The notes under the pieces: generated by a model
Databases searched by the model: none
What the model was told of the DNA's origin: nothing
What the model saw: only the letters and a program-made list of their open reading frames with translations
Shown: piece by piece, positions 28,225-40,276 of the stretch
Layout: every line of letters begins with the position of its first letter
Numbering within the stretch: position 1 is the first letter of the stretch
Source of the DNA: Vicugna vicugna
Lineage: Eukaryota
Direction of reading: 5' to 3'
Assembly (NCBI GenBank): GCA_013265495.1
Contig: MU057930.1
Coordinates: 629,599 to 693,598 of the forward strand
Length of the DNA: 64,000 bases
Program-made: the position numbers and the translations under genes

Positions 28225-29060
28225 ATATTTTTCATGTTAGTGTGCACCCAGCAGTGGGACTGCTGAATCATAAATTAATTCTCTTTTTCAGTTTTTGAGG
28301 GACCTCCAAACTGTTCTGCACAGGGGCTGCACCAATTTACATTCCCATGCACAGTGCAGGAGGGTTCCCTTTTCTCTACATCCGCACCCCCACTTTTTAG
28401 TTGTTGTCTTTTTTGATAATAGACACTCTGCCAGGGGTGAGGTGATGCCTCACTGTGGTTTTGATCTGCATCTCAAAGAGGTATCTGACCCCCACTGTTA
28501 TTCATGGTAGCGAAGATATGGAAACAATCTAAGTGTCTGTCTATGGATGCCTGGACGAAGAAGGTATGGTTAATTACATACAGTGGAATATTACTCAGCC
28601 ATGAAAAAGGACACCCTGCCATTTTGAACAACATAGATGGACGTTGAGGACGTTGTGCTATGTGAAATAAGACAAACACAACTAATACTGCATGACCTCA
28701 CTTATATGTGGAATGTAAAAACACCAAACACATAGAAACAGTATAAAATGTAGGTTACCGGGGGCCAGGAGGGGAGGGGTGGATAGGAGAGATGCTGGTC
28801 GAAGGGCACAAGTTACAAGCCGTAGATGAGTGAGTCCTGGAGATCCAATGTGCAACACAGTGGTTATACACAATATACTGTATTATAAATATCACACTTG
28901 CTAAGAGACTAGTTCTGAATTTTCCCCACCACAAAAAAAAAAAAAAATGATGGCTGTGTACTACAAGTATGATTATGCTGCAGTACATAAATGTATCAAA
29001 CCAACACAGGGGACACCTTCTCAGAATGCTGTATGCCAAATATCTTACGATTAAAAAAGC
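28225..29060. mobile_element. 5'-inverted (twin-primed) L1: 28225-28474 minus, 28470-29060 plus
   Basis: An antisense ORF2 segment is joined at ATCTC to the immediately downstream ORF2/3' UTR sequence in sense orientation. Confidence 0.75.
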
Positions 29061-29206
29061 TAACTAAAACATGGTGCTCTACACCAGAAACTGACAGCAT
29101 TGTAAACTGACTATAGTTTATAAAAATAAAAAATAAAAACCACTATTTTATTGACTGATGACCATGATGACAGCACATTTTTAACTGGGTGCAAAGGCAT
29201 GAGATG

Positions 29207-29385
29207 AGAGGTTGGCAAACCACAGCCTGAGGGCCAAATCTGGCCCCCCAGGCTCTTTTTATAAATAAAACTTTTTTGTAACACAAGCCACACCCCTTCA
29301 TTTACACACCTTCCAGGGCTGCTCACGCACACCGTGTGTCCCGCAATGCCAAAAACATTTACCATCCGTCCCTCTGTCGAAGAAG
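29207..29385 (+). mobile_element. MER58A-like (hAT-Charlie); a second copy lies at about 44330-44500
   Basis: GGTTGGCAAAC...GGGCCAAATCTGGCCC...AATAAAACTTTT...CATTTACCATC. Confidence 0.65.
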
Positions 29386-29719
29386 ATACGGGAACACTTA
29401 ATCTTATATTTGAAAGCTGTTTTAAGAGAACAGAATTAAAAAATTCTCAGCACAAGAAAAAAGCTTTGTAACTACGTTAAGGTGATGGATGTTAAAAAGA
29501 CGTGGGGTGTTTTTTGCTATATACACGTATGTAGAATCATTATGTTGTAAACCCGAGACAAACACAATTTTTTGAATATTGCATCTCAATAAATATACGA
29601 AATTCAAAAGAAAAGGTAAGAGTGCTAACACCCAGATACCATGAGAGGAGAAAAGCTACAGGTTTTCCCATGATGGAATAAGCAGACCAGAGACTGACTT
29701 TATCTTCAAAGATACAAAG

Positions 29720-29725
29720 TTTATT
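29720..29725 (-). terminator. Distal polyadenylation signal AATAAA of PRKX
   Basis: AATAAA preceded by U-rich/UGUA sequence and followed by GU-rich TCAGTCTCTGGTCTGCTT. Repeat-rich intergenic DNA starts just downstream. Confidence 0.7.
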
Positions 29726-30278
29726 AAACAAACTTGGAATCCATAGTATCATTCCATAAATTAGACAGCAGTCAAATTTTATATATACAAATCACAGTGA
29801 TTTTCATTGTGCAAGAAATTGACAAGGTTAGAAATAGGCTTTTTGTTCTTGTTTTTTGTTTTGTTTGTTTTATGCACACGAGAAGCTGGGATGACCCGGC
29901 GGGGATGCGGGTGGGGGACACGCCGGGGACACGCCGCACCTGCTCAAGGGGGTCCATTCTCACCGGAAAGAAGGAAGCCACAACCGCCTTGCAGAGCTGG
30001 GAACCAATCTGAGGGACCGAAGCAAGACAGCCTGGAAGTCGAAAGGCTTCAAATCCCAGGTGTGAAAACACAGCCAGAATGACTTTTACTTAAATCACAG
30101 AGGTGGCCACCGGATCAAACAGCAGATCAACCGAACGTTTTAAAACACAGCTGAGAGGAAACTGGTACGGGGTATTTCCCTTTTGTCGTGAAGGGCTGCT
30201 CTCTGGGTCTGCAAAAACCAACCTGACACCAAAACGTCGTCCTTGGGGGAAACATCCCTCCACGCTCCCCTCCACCAA

Positions 30279-30279
<1 letters not shown>

Positions 30280-30316
<37 letters not shown>
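30280..30316. repeat. (CA)n microsatellite in the PRKX 3' UTR ((UG)n in the mRNA)
   Basis: Perfect AC run. Confidence 0.95.
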
Positions 30317-30317
<1 letters not shown>

Positions 30318-32149
30318 CGACTCAAACACATTATTAAGACAACTATGCCTGTTTTTGGTTACATCCACTCAAGTTGAATTAGCTAAGTCAGAAACAGGGA
30401 CACACGGTGCAGCACGTAAGATGCGGCCAGCAGCTCTAAAATACTCGCTGGGTAGACGGACCGCTGGAAAAAGGACAACAAAGGCGTCTCATTTCAAATC
30501 TCAACTGGGCGATCGAGGGCTTCTGGGATGGTGACCATTTTCTGATGCAAAATCAAAGAGATGGGGGGAAGAAAACAAACAAAATCTTCCTTGCACTCAC
30601 AGGGCAGAGCAAGGATCTGGAGGTTCTCGTGGGACTGGGAGTGGTCCTGGCTGCCGACAGAGTGGTCCCTCAGGGTGGTCAGCGGACAGCATGGAGCCGT
30701 GGGTCCCGGTTACAGTGGTTCCAAATCGAGAGTAACGCAGGTCAACGGCACGTAGAAGCGGCAAGCGAAAGTCACGTCCCTCGACCCGAGCGCTGCTGGG
30801 GACTCTGCCATCAGGAGCAGGTGAGGCCTGACGCAGAGACTGAGACAGAACATCGCGTGACACACGTACAAACGTGTGACGGTGTGGCCGCCCCAGGACC
30901 AGGAACGGAGCGTGGCGTTTTCAAGCATCGTGGCGATGGGGGCACGGACACCCCAATGTGGCTGGTGGGGCTTCTTCTGCATGTTCTGTGTCCCTGACAG
31001 CAGACTTCACGCTTTTCCCATTGCCGGCAGATGACACATTGTTGATAAGAAGGGTTCTGTCAACAGTGGATGTCGGCCAATGACCGCGGACTGTATGCGT
31101 GTAGGACGAGCTGCGGTTTTACGTCCTTCTTGGCTTTACAGGTGCCTAACAAGGCAGGCTGGTGACACTCCGTCCACCTCTTGCAATGTACACATTTCCT
31201 ACAGACATTTTAAATAGCGTCCTCACTTATGAAACAATTGCCAACATGTCAAATTGCATAGGACAAAATAAATCGATCATTTGCCAGCTCTGAAGGTTGT
31301 GCTGAGTTCCACAAATCTTCTTCAAAACTCTGCAGGCGGATCATTTTCAATCCCGTACATGAAAATTTCAGAATTTCCACCAAGCAAAAATTATTCTCCA
31401 GTTGTACGTCGTGAGTGATGTACGAGTTTAAGACACGTTCTGGTCACACCAATTTTTTGCATTACATCACACCGTTCAATTTACGGTCCCATCACCCCAG
31501 CCAAGCACGGGCAGGTCGCACTTTGGATGCTGAAATGCACCTGAGCGTCCTGAAGGGGGCCTGAACACCGTCTGGTGTTCTTGGAAATCCTTTTAACTTT
31601 CAGTTTGCTTTGCATGCCTAATGGCCGATGACAGTGTTTTCCGAGAACAAAGACATCGATGCATTCGCGGTTTGCTTCTCCGGCATATCTGTCTGAAACT
31701 AAGGCAATGCATTGTGGTGTATTCTTGCCACTAGCTTCATGTCAGCACATACGAAGCCCCGGACAGGAAGAATGAAACCCAAAAAGAGGTCTGGGGGGAA
31801 ACGGGTGTCCTGTACAATTTGGTATTGTGTTCAAGGAAGGTGTTTCGTTTATTTTCTATTTTTTCAAGCCCAAGGCTCTCCAAAATACTCGTTCTGATTT
31901 ACTTTTAGAGGCAGAGGACACGAGCCTGGGGCTTTTTCCCTTGTGCACCCGGTGTCTCAGTCCGAGTCCACTTTGTTGATTTAACGTCCTAACATCCAAG
32001 GATGAAACAGCCCAGGAATAGCGTGCCGAGGTTTTCAGTCCGCGCTGGGCCTCCGCTTAATGCAAACAGCACGGCGACTGAGAAGCACAGGCGGAAAAAA
32101 CACAGTTCTACGGCGACGTTCATCCAGCCGCGCCCTCTGGAAATAACTC

Positions 32150-32155
32150 TTTATT
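32150..32155 (-). terminator. Candidate proximal polyadenylation signal AATAAA (another lies at 31848-31853)
   Basis: Canonical hexamer in an AU-rich UTR stretch. Usage cannot be shown from sequence. Confidence 0.4.
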
Positions 32156-32419
32156 GAGTTATTCATTGTAAAGACTTTGTTTTACTAAATCGCGGACTGA
32201 CTCTCACCTACAGAGTTGATTTGTATTTGAAGAATTGGTCATTAATGAGAAGGGGGGATTAGTGCCCTCAATTTAAAGCTTTTATGGGTGTAACTTGTCT
32301 TCACATCACCCTCCAGGCCATCCCTTCTGATTTGTAATGGAATCGAGCCAAATCTGATAGGGGGCTGCACTTAGACATTTTTGCTGCTTAAAAAAAAAAA
32401 GTACGGTTTTCCCAAAAGG

Positions 32420-33135
32420 CAGCGCTGCACACCCCGAGATGTGGCTGCAGGAGAGAGACGTGGCAAAGACGGCGGGATCAAGCGCCCTCCTGGCCCGGCC
32501 CGGCGAAGCAGCGGCCGGTGAGCCAAGCGCACCGCAGCGGCCGGGGCCTGGGAGCGGGCTGCCAGCTGCGGGGTCCCCCGGACCATTTTTACCAGCACGC
32601 CTCCGCGGCGGACGCTGCCCCCACCCCGGTTGCTGGAGGAGCTGGACCTTCCTTGGCCGAGCAAGAGAGAAGAGGAATAGGAAAGCAGTTGCTGGGCGAA
32701 GCCCTGCGCGCCCAGACGGCTCCGGAAGCCACTCCTCGAATGCCCAGACCCCACGGGGAGGTGACGGCTGGGTCCGATGGCCGGATGCACAACAGGTCTC
32801 AGCCCCTCGGAGCCAACCCAGGACGCGCAGAACCCGCAGATTTTCACAGCAAAGTTTAGAACCAGGAAGCAAGAGCAGAAGAGTAGAGGAGGAAATGAAC
32901 TGGAGACCAGATGAACCCCAAGGACCTTACTCATGGCCTGTCTTGGAGAAGACGCCTTACTCAACGGCCGGCCGCCGTGGGGTCAGTCCTCAGGGAAGGA
33001 CACGGCGGAGTAAACCTCCGGGACGTCGTCAGAACCAGGGCCAAAGACCAAGACATCTCAGTCAGCGGTCACTCTGCACAAGCCCGCCGGGTCTACGAAA
33101 CCAGAGCATGCAGTGACACGGACTCACGCTGAACG
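32420..33135. promoter_or_regulatory. CpG-island-like segment inside the PRKX 3' UTR
   Basis: Very GC-rich with dense CpG (GGCCCGGCCCGGCG, CCGCGGCGGACG). Confidence 0.55.
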
Positions 33136-34879
33136 GTTCCAAGGAGGGCTGGAAACCGAGCAGGGGTTTAGATGCTTCCATCGCTTTTTGTTCTGTTTCT
33201 CACTTTTCCCAAAACCGAAGGGAAAAGAGGACCTTTGCGGGAAAGCTCATTGAGCCAACACGGAAAGCTACTTGTCATGCTTTGGGAGATGGGTTCTGGG
33301 TGAGGGACTTCAGCTGGCATGTTTCACGGGCAGCCGTCCCTCTGCGGAGCATGACATTTTTTCAATGTGATACAGAAAAACTCCTTGAATAACGTTCATG
33401 GTCAACGGCGAGTCTTGTACTAAAATTCAAACCCCCATCTCCTTCCCTTTCTTTCTGGTTTCAAGACCCGAGGTTTCCAGACACGAAGCACTAAAGGTGT
33501 TGGAAACAGACCGGCATATAATATTTTCTTCACGTAGAACCATAAAATGCATATAAGATGATTCAGAACTGCGCACAGCATACTTTTTAGACTTTTGTCC
33601 CCAAGAGAATAGATTCTTGAAAAAAAAATACTGAAACATAAAAACCATAACCTCTGGAAAGCAGAAACACTGGACAAACTGTGCTCCGATCACACTGTCT
33701 TTTTCAGACACACACACACCCACGCGCACGCACCCACACACGCAATTTGTGGTTATATCTCAACAAGTTCAGCTCAAACGTATAGCGTCAAGTCTATGAG
33801 GAAAAAAAAAAACCAAGCTATCACAGTAGGAACACAAAAGCTGAAAGAGAAGATAAAATCAACCAGCAAACAATTGTTCTAAACGTCCTACTGTGCAGTG
33901 GATTTCCAGTTGCTTAAACGATGACAGACGCACAGAGGCCAACAGGGCTGCAGCGTCTTGGTCCACATCCAGACGTCCAGAAACGTGGGGATGTCCTGGT
34001 CCCGTCAAGACCTTTCTTCAGCTCTGCACGGGCTTAGCCACCTGTCCCAGGCAGGGTCCAATCGTCCCGTTTCTGGCATGAAACAAGATGAAAGATCTGG
34101 TTCGTTTTTAAATACCTGGGGGACGTCTGTAATTCTAACAAGAACAGTAAGAATCACACAAAAGAAACTAAGCTTTCGCTTGGAATTCTTACAGCAAAGA
34201 TCCACCAGCCTGAACTCTAAGGACAGAAGATGTTTCATGAGAGAAATCGATCAGGATTGCCAAGGTGGGTTTTCAGTGTTCTGTGAGGTTCTCCTCCACA
34301 ACTACCCCACCCTCACCCACGCCAAGAATGGAGTAAACCTGAGCCTGGGTTCAACGTGCTCCGCCGGACGACCTCACAGTCGGAGAAGATATTATATGAT
34401 GGAATAAACATTAAGGCGCAGTGAGGCGAGCGTTCCCCTGACAGCTGTCCCAGTCACCTCCGCCCCGTGCCAAAAAGTGATAACGCGTACAAAACCAAAC
34501 AGCTAATCACACGGTTACCTCTCCGCTCCGGAATCCTGTAATTAAGCCTACCGTGGGTCTCACCTATGGGCTTATTAGAATTCTGCTTCATGAGGAAATT
34601 ACCTTCGTGCACAGAATCATCACACCGAATCACCCTTACCGGAAAACAATCAGATCTTTGTCCTGATTCACGTGCAAGTTACTGCCCGTTAAATCCCTGA
34701 GATAGATTCAAATATTAACGTGCCTGGCTTTTAGAAGGGCAAAATCCAGACTGTCTGAATAAACAGAAAGCAATGTGATCATGAAATGATCCCCTGACTT
34801 CCCGAGGTTCATCAAGACTGTCATCAAATAGTGTCCCCCGCCATGGACCAAAGTACGTGAAAAATAATTCCACTGTGAG

Positions 34880-35200
34880 TCTACAAAAATGAGACATGAA
34901 CTTGCTTACAAAACAGACTCACAGACATAGAAAACAAATGTATGGTTACCAAAGGGGAAAAGAGGGAAGGGAGGCATAGATTAGGAGTCTGGGATTAGCA
35001 GATTAAAAACTATAATATATAAAACAGATAAACAACAAGGACCTACTGTATGTTACAGGGAACTGTATTCAATATCCTATAATAACCTATAATAGAAAAA
35101 AAACCTAGAAAATTATATGTATAACTGAATCACCTGGCTGTACACCTGAAACTACCATAATATTGTTCATCAACTCTACTTTAATAAAAAATTAAAAAAT
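34880..35200 (+). mobile_element. L1 3' UTR fragment in PRKX intron 8
   Basis: ACAGACTCACAGACATAGAAAACAAA...AATAAAAAA. Confidence 0.88.
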
Positions 35201-35900
35201 TTTGAATTTAAAAGACAAAAACAAGCCCTTAGATATGGGGGAGAAAAATACAAGGTAAATAAAACAAACAAACAAACTAGACCTTCAAAGTCATAAAGTC
35301 GAAGACCTTCAAAGCTTCATGAAAATTAAGAGACTCAAAAAAAATCACATCCTTTAAATCTCAAATTCAGCTTAGCAAATCCCCTATGAGGTGTCCTCCC
35401 ATGATGCCTTCTTAGCAGCCAAATACCCAGCAAGCCTTCTGGTCTAGAACTCAGGGATTCCCAAACGGGAACCACAGAGCTGTGCTTCCCAATATTTAGG
35501 TGCACACCCACCTCCCAGGGGGCTTACTCAGCAGTACAGACCCTGTCCCGGCAGATGCGTCCGGGGAATGAGATGCCGACGGTGGTGCTGACGCCGCCGC
35601 CCCGCCGCCTACAGGCGCCGGAGTGTCCCCCACGCTGCCCCTGGGAAGGGCCCTGCCTTGCTCCGCTCTACACCGGGGAGGGGCGCTCTGCCCAGTCAGC
35701 ACGGGATCTCCTTCACGGGACGTCATGTCGACCTCGCTGACTTTTTCTTTGTTTGTTTTTATAAAAACCTTTATCGACTTAGGCATTCTGGTTCACATTT
35801 TGTTTTTCGATGCTCCACCTGTTTGTGGGTAGATTTTTTTTTTTTAACATTTTTAATTACTAAAAGTTAAACTGCACCTTCCAGATGGGGATTCTTGTCC

Positions 35901-36026
35901 TCAGAAATTCTTGAAGACTTCCAAGTCTTTCGAAGACACCGGAGGGGCCGTGTTCCAGTCGTTCTCAGGATAGGCTTCGAAGTTGGAGGTATCGCCCTCA
36001 CTGCACACTTTGGGCACGATGGGGGG
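35901..36026 (-). CDS. PRKX: PRKX exon 8 coding part: PPIVPKVCSEGDTSNFEAYPENDWNTAPPVSSKDLEVFKNF* (the exon continues as 23 nt of UTR to 35878)
   Basis: Acceptor CCGCAG|CCC. AGC C-tail with PPxVP, GDTSNF and the terminal FxxF hydrophobic motif. Stop TGA at 35901-35903. Donor AAG|GTGCAG after 35878. Confidence 0.97.
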   Translation of the reverse strand, partial: PPIVPKVCSEGDTSNFEAYPENDWNTAPPVSSKDLEVFKNF

Positions 36027-36646
36027 CTGCGGGGTCAGCAAGACACAAAGCCATGTTTGGAGAGGAACGGTGGACACCGGGATGTTAGGTTATCAGATGT
36101 TGGCTGATCTAGGCTCTGTCTCTAGAGTCTTGTCTGGGGCCCAGGCATAGGCATTATTTATGTCTCATCATTGACTTTAAAGTGAAAACGTGAGACTATT
36201 ACCACCGAGGACACCTGCCAGAAACATATTCAGCTCAAAGAAAGGTGAGCCTCAGAATATTCCTCTACCTACCACAATCATTGCGCCATATGCCTAAAAG
36301 CTGGACACACACATCATCTGTGTTACTCGAGCCACCGTTCCCCATTAGAAAGCAAAGGGGTGAGACAGATCTTAAGACATGGTCACAGAACTAGCAAAGG
36401 ATGGAGCCAGGTCTCAAAAAAAAAAAATCCAACTGCAAAAATCAGGGTCTTAATCGCCATGAGGTGAGTGTTTAGCTAAGATGTCCCCTGAACGGGGAAC
36501 CTGGCTTATGAACAATTTGAGATGAATGGCTGTACTGAACAAAGTGAGTATGTATCAGTCAGAAGTGAGCCAGTCACAGCGTCAGAGCCTGTGTTTGGTT
36601 CAGGAGAGCTACCCAGCTAGGAGCTGCCTGATGAAGGAGGTTGTAC

Positions 36647-36724
36647 CTTCAGCTTTCTCTGTGGGACAGCCTCCCAGTCCACGGTCCGGAACCACCGATG
36701 TCGCTTCACGTCCTCCGCGCCGTT
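36647..36724 (-). CDS. PRKX: PRKX exon 7 (78 bp): NGAEDVKRHRWFRTVDWEAVPQRKLK
   Basis: Acceptor TTTCAAAG|AAC and donor AAG|GTACAA. Phase 0-0. Confidence 0.97.
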
Positions 36725-37774
36725 CTTTGAAAGAAACGTGTGTCGTCAGTGTACAGAGCGCTGACAGGGAAGAAAATATTCCAAGGAATCTCTACATGAC
36801 TTAGTAAAAGGAAAACAAATAATCGAACTAACCAACAAGAGGTTGCTATGTTCTGCGTCCTGGTACCTAGAGTGTGCGCTACTAGGGGAAAACATGAATG
36901 CAGTTGCTTTCCATCTGCTTTCCTTCAGAGTGGAAACAAATCTAGCCATGATGCTCGTGTGTGTACACCACTCGGGGCCACAAAGACCAAAATGTAACTG
37001 TGCTTCAGCCTCTGGTCATAAAGTTAGACTGACACACGGTGAGGTCTGAGTCTGTCAGCTGTTTTCTTCAGATAAAAGTATGCTCACTTAAAAACACACA
37101 GAAGCCGACGTTCACTAAATATTACAATTTGCTATACGAAGCAAGTGCTTACTTGCTCAGCCAGTAAGTCACATGACTGGGACTCCAGCCACAGAGAGCT
37201 TAACAGCCACCCAACATCATCTCTCAGATAACAATGTGCGTTAAGGTCTGTCTGCCTGATCCTCAGCTTCGGCACCAGAGGCCAGCTGGCAGACACCAGC
37301 AGCACCACGACCTCTGAAACTCCCTCCCAAGTGCCTTGCAAGCCTTCAACGGCCTCCTTCTCCTTTTTTAAAAATCATACTTGTAGCCACTTTTTAATCA
37401 ATTAAAGGTGTGAAGTTGTAAGATAGAAATATGGGAGCTTTTGTGACACAGGAGCCAATGCATCTGAATTTAAGCTTAAGTTTTTAAAACTTGTATCAGT
37501 TCATATTTTTTAAAGTCTTAAGTGACTTATTCTCAAAAAAGAAAATTCTCAGTTACAAGAGGAAAGGAACAGGGATGTCAGTGTTTTCTGCTTTCTTCCA
37601 ACGCTGTTACTTTGACAGCTCTCTTCCTTTCCCTATTTCTCTCCATCCCTATGTAAGTCAAACAGTGCATATCTGTGGAGTGTTCCCTTGAGCGATGCTA
37701 AGACTAGGCAAATAAGAATGAAAGTTTACTCTCTAGAAGTTCAAACCTGGAATGGATGCTAAGGTATTATGACG

Positions 37775-38440
37775 TCTAGATGCAGATGACGGCAGATGAT
37801 AGATAGATAATGGATAGACAGATGATGGAAGATGATAAAGAGATATCGGTGATAGATGATGAAAGGTGACAGAGATGACTGATACCTGAAAGACAGATGA
37901 CAGATGCATAAGTTGGCAGATAGCAGACAGACAGGGAGATAACAGATGGACAGATACACAGACATGACTGATAAGTGATAGAGGAAAAGATGCTAGACAG
38001 ATGGTAAAAGATCACAGACAGATATACTGATAAATGAAATCAAGCTAGCTAGACAGATAACAGACATGATGGATGGATAAACAGGTATGATAGAAAGATA
38101 GGTAGATAGACAGATATACGGACAGATAAGACATAGAATGGACAGATGGATTGATGGTTGGATGGATGGTTGGGTGGATGGAAGGATGGATGGATAGATA
38201 GGTAGATAGGTAGATAGATAGAAAGATAAGTAGATAAGATAGATAGATACATAGATACATAGATAGATTAGATGGATGGGTGGGTGGGTGGATGGATGGA
38301 CAGATAGATAGGCAGATAGGTAGGTAGATAGATAGGTAGGTAGGTAGATAGATAGATAGATAGGTAGATAGATTAGATGGATGGATTGATAGACAGACAA
38401 TAAATATATAAATAGGTAGGTGGGTAGGTAGACAGATAGT
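37775..38440. repeat. Complex (GATA/GACA/GGAT)n array in intron 6
   Basis: Directly visible. Confidence 0.95.
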
Positions 38441-38747
38441 TTCAACAAACAGAAAATGAACTGAAAGAGAAAGTAGCTGCTAGAAACTCCCCAGGTGTGG
38501 AGGACAGGGCACTGTCCACAGAGGATGAAGGCGTTAAACACAATGGTATGTTTGGAAGGAAAAAGAGAAACAGTCCGAATGAGTAGCAGCAGGAGGAGAG
38601 AAGCAGCCCGGTACTGGATGAACAACTTTCTTGTTTTGCAGATTTGTTTCTCTCACCAGTGATGTCCAACAAGTTAGCTTTTAGTCCCCTCCTTAAGGAC
38701 CTGAACACACGGGCCAAGGTCCATGAATGACTTGGACAAATTCGACC

Positions 38748-39200
38748 TGTTACGGATTGAATTGTGCATCACTGCCCCATTGCCCCAGAGGCTCCGTGGA
38801 AGTCCCGGAGCCCCAGCCCCTGTGAATGTGAGTCTGTCTGGAAAGAGGGTTTCTATAGATGCAAACAAGTTAAGATGACATCATTAAGGTAGACTCTAAA
38901 TCCAGTGACAAGTGTCCTTAGAAGAGACAGAAGAGGAGAGACACAGACACAGAGGCAAAGCCACGTGGAGATGGACGCAGAGATGGGAGGGAGGCGCCCA
39001 CCAGCCCAGGGACGCCTGGAGCCCCCAGAAGCTGGAATAGGCAGGGAGGGACCCTCCCCTGGAGCCTCGGGAGGGAGCGTGGTCCTGGGACACCTTGATT
39101 TCAGACGTCTGGTCTCCAGGACGGGGGGAGGATGAATTCTTGTTGTTTGAAGCCTATAGTTTGTGGTTATTGGTTACAGCTGCCCCAAGAAATGAATACA
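38748..39200 (+). mobile_element. MaLR LTR (MLT1C-like), near full length, PRKX intron 6
   Basis: TGTTACGGATTGAATTG ... GAAATGAATACA termini with MLT1 internal motifs. Confidence 0.8.
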
Positions 39201-39499
39201 CCCCCAAAACTAGAGGGCCTGAGAGATCTCTGGGTTCAAGTCTCAGGTACAATTCTACTTTGTCTCTCAAGATTGCAGCTGACAGGGCCAAGGCACTAAG
39301 CCGTGTCCAAGTTCCTCCAAAGACACCCAGACCTAGAAACAGCTAAGAAGAGGTCCCTGGATTGTCTCAAATTCAGTGGTGTCAAAACAGAAGTGAAAGA
39401 GGCACAGGCAACATCACACCGCTTACACAAGTCAGTCCCTTATGTATATTTCCCTCCAGATGAAAAGTCTCAGACAATCACATATGACATATGATTTCT

Positions 39500-40025
39500 A
39501 AAATAATGACCAGCTCACATACAAACCTGCACGCCCATGTTTACAGCAGCACTATTCACCACCACCAAAAAGTGGAAGCAACCCAAGCTTCCACCCACAG
39601 ATGGATGCAGAGATAAATGGAACAGGGTCCATCCACACAGGGGAATATTACTCAGCCATGAAAATGAGTGAAGGTCTGACACAGGCTATGATGTGGATGG
39701 ACAGTGAACACAGGATGCTCCATGACAGAAGCCGGACACAAGAAGCCAAGTTTTCTATGATTGCATCTTTATGAAAGCCCAGAGAAGGATAATCTATACG
39801 GACAAAAAGTAGACTAGAGGTTGCCCAGGGCAAGGAAGGACAGAAGGACAGGCAGGTGATAGCTCCAGGGCACATGGTTTCATTTGGACGGGATGAAAAC
39901 AGTCTTAGTAAAACTGACTGCGGTGATGGCTGCACAATTCTGCAAATATAGTACAAGACACTGGACTGTCCATGTTAAATGCATAAACTGAATTTTCTGT
40001 GAATTTTAGTTCAGTAATGCTGTTT
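39500..40025 (+). mobile_element. Older L1 (L1MB-like) 3' end in intron 6
   Basis: CATGTTTACAGCAGCACTATTCAC...GGAAGCAACCCAAG...GGTGATGGCTGCACAA. Confidence 0.75.
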
Positions 40026-40276
40026 AAAGATAGAAAAGTAAGTAAATAAGATAGTGATGAGTAACATCAAGATCACCGTGGAGTCACGGGCTCCTCTGGA
40101 GGGATGAGGAGACAGGGTGCAGACTGAGTATGATTTTTAATGCCCCAGAATCCCAGACCGGAAACGTGGCCAACAATTGCATGTGAATGTTCCGCCTTTG
40201 TTGACGTGTATGAAGTGGAGGTGAGGCATGCACTGGGACCACCCTGCTCAAGACACGCGGACGCAAACACACTTAC

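Larger units (their letters stand above)
29700..34072 (-). other. PRKX: PRKX terminal non-coding exon (3' UTR, about 4.4 kb)
   Basis: Pyrimidine tract and acceptor TCTTTCATCTTGTTTCATGCCAG|AAACGGGACG at 34073. The downstream sequence resembles the recalled human PRKX 3' UTR start (TTTAAGCAACTGGAA, GATTTTATCTT, ATAACCACAAATTG(TG)n). It ends near AATAAA 29720-29725. The exact 3' end is inferred. Confidence 0.8.

Noticed and set aside
1..29700. MXRA5 or another neighbouring gene
   Set aside because: No LRR/Ig-like or other recognisable coding exons were found on either strand.
37759..38625. Long 'IYLSIHPS' ORFs here and at 1771, 5306, 47939 and 58871
   Set aside because: Stop-free frames of TCTA/TCCA microsatellites.
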